A stretch of 64,000 bases of DNA from Neoechinorhynchus agilis (taxonomy: Eukaryota; Animalia; Acanthocephala). The notes beneath the pieces were generated by a model. It was not told the DNA's origin. It ran no database searches and worked only from the letters and a program-made list of their open reading frames with translations. How positions within the stretch are numbered: position 1 is the first letter of the stretch; each line of letters begins with the position of its first letter. Location: positions 3,814,389-3,878,388 of the forward strand of contig CM121343.1 of the NCBI GenBank assembly GCA_051530055.1. Reading direction: 5' to 3'. Of the stretch, positions 62,371 to 64,000 are shown piece by piece. A program made the position numbers and the translations under genes.

Positions 62371-63808
62371 CGATCGTGTCCCGATGTGGTCCGATATATG
62401 CACCCAAATCGACTTTATTTAGATTTGTTTTGTATCTATAGCGACCTTACATTATACTGAAACATTTATTGAAATTTTGATTTTCTGTTTTAAAAAGCAT
62501 TTTGTTTTCACGTGAACAGTTAGCCGAACTCCTTTTATGTCGCTCTGTTTCTATAAGATATTCTCAAACACGAAGGCTTGTCTTTGGCTAGCGCCTAGAG
62601 GTTGAGAGAAACCCTAGTGAATTGTCCCGGATGAGTACGCAGTTCGAAGTGCCTTCTTTTCTCGAAAAGTTAGCGAATAAAAGACCCTTCTAACGGATTC
62701 CTTTTTCTCCTTCATTTAGTGAAGAATAGCAATAACGGTCGCATGTATTTGGTACATCTTCGTGAGACCAAGAATACTAGCACGTCTCAATCATCGTTAC
62801 CTAGAATATCGGCCTTCTTTAGATCTCAAACTTTACAATTTTCATTCTATCGCTCCATTCGACGCGTCGATGATTTACGATATCGTTTATTTGGTTTAAA
62901 ATATTTAGAACGTCCAAGCTTTCGGATTTTTTACTTTTGCGTTCCTTATCCTTTGCTCACTTCATTGAATGATTTAAAATTGCTTGGAATTCGAATCATA
63001 AGATTACGTCCCGTGAAGAATATCGGTTCTTGAAATTTTGTTACACTCCAACTGCAAAATAAAAATTCAATGAAAATGGATGTTTCGAATGAACAAAGAA
63101 CTTGTTTTAATGAGATGGAAGCCTCTTTTGCCTATTTTCAACGATAGCTTTAACAAAATGACCAATAGTTACATGGAAGAGCTTAAAATGGATTCCACGT
63201 ACGAACTTTACTCTTTCTAACTTTACAAATCAGTCAGACCCTCTTTACAAGCCCGAAGTTCGTAATTTTGAATTTAAGTGATCGAATAAGATTAGAATTT
63301 TGCGATTTTAAGGAAGTCAAAAGTATTGCTCTCCCGCCTGAATTATGCTCATAGGCGTTGAAGATTATGAACTCAGATGGAAAACGTCTCAAATGTTCAT
63401 GTTGCATTTAGTCACTTATGATTCAGAGTTCTAATGTGTTGCTGGCCTGAGATAAACTTGACTCTTAATTTCTAAAGCAATAAGAAAAGCATTTTTATGT
63501 GAAAAGAACTACACAGACTGAAAAGTGTGAATCTTTTTGCAACAAAATCGTCCATTTTAACCTTTTCCAGTTGACCTTTCCTCACTTTCGAAATGTACAT
63601 TGTCCACAGAGAGTCGTCTAGTCGACGCGCTTGAGTAAAAGTTACTTTTTAGCATTCTTCGTCCTGGCGATCATTTCGAAAAGATCGACCGAAAAACTCG
63701 CGTTGCACTTGATATGAGTTCCATTTTAGAAATTCTTTAGCTTATCCACTACTTTTTCGCAACTCATTGCATCTAACAATGTTCCAGATTTCCTTAGTAC
63801 AAAGAGAA

Positions 63809-64000
63809 ATGATGGCGGTTGATGATTCGACGAGTGCTAAAAACGAACACCGAAACACTGGCATTTCGCAAACGTTCATTGAGCTGGATCTTGTAATCGC
63901 CAAGTTGGAATATATCCTTTTATGGAGAAACCGGGTATTATCACTTACGTTTTTGATCCTATTCGATATTTTGATGATGTATGTTCGCCCCTATCGCCCA
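63809..64000 (+). CDS. 5' part of a possible reticulon-homology (ARL6IP1/FAM134-like) membrane protein, cut by the window edge
   Basis: ATG-initiated open frame ..LEYILLWRNRVLSLTFLILFDILMM resembles the LLxW(R/K) start of reticulon homology domains. Absent from the ORF track because it has no stop inside the window. Confidence 0.45.
   Translation, partial: MMAVDDSTSAKNEHRNTGISQTFIELDLVIAKLEYILLWRNRVLSLTFLILFDILMMYVRPYRP

Overview
AT-rich animal (eukaryotic) genomic DNA with very short spliceosomal introns (many about 45-55 nt). Taxon cannot be fixed from sequence alone; an UNC-4 homeobox and a GRB2 suggest a compact-intron invertebrate. A gene-rich core (about 21-50 kb) holds a multipass membrane protein, a 3-LIM protein, MEAF6/Eaf6-like, GRB2, mitofusin, CCT7, CNNM and UNCX/unc-4; the GRB2 and UNCX reading frames had to be spliced by hand. 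Two repeat-dense zones flank it. The left zone (4.4-21 kb) has a 77-82 bp minisatellite, three near-identical copies of a 139-aa Cys/Pro-rich gene, and Gypsy, LINE and Penelope debris. The right zone (50.6-62.4 kb) has nested CRE-clade, RTE and gag-like remnants and a 42-bp array. Strongest oddities: (1) CCT7 carries a 122-codon in-frame insertion resembling an NT-C2 beta-sandwich domain; (2) an ATRX C-terminal fragment sits inside a CRE retrotransposon RT, in frame, flanked by a 5-bp duplication; (3) every substitution I found among the three Cys-rich gene copies is non-synonymous. All family assignments come from motif recognition by eye, not database searches.
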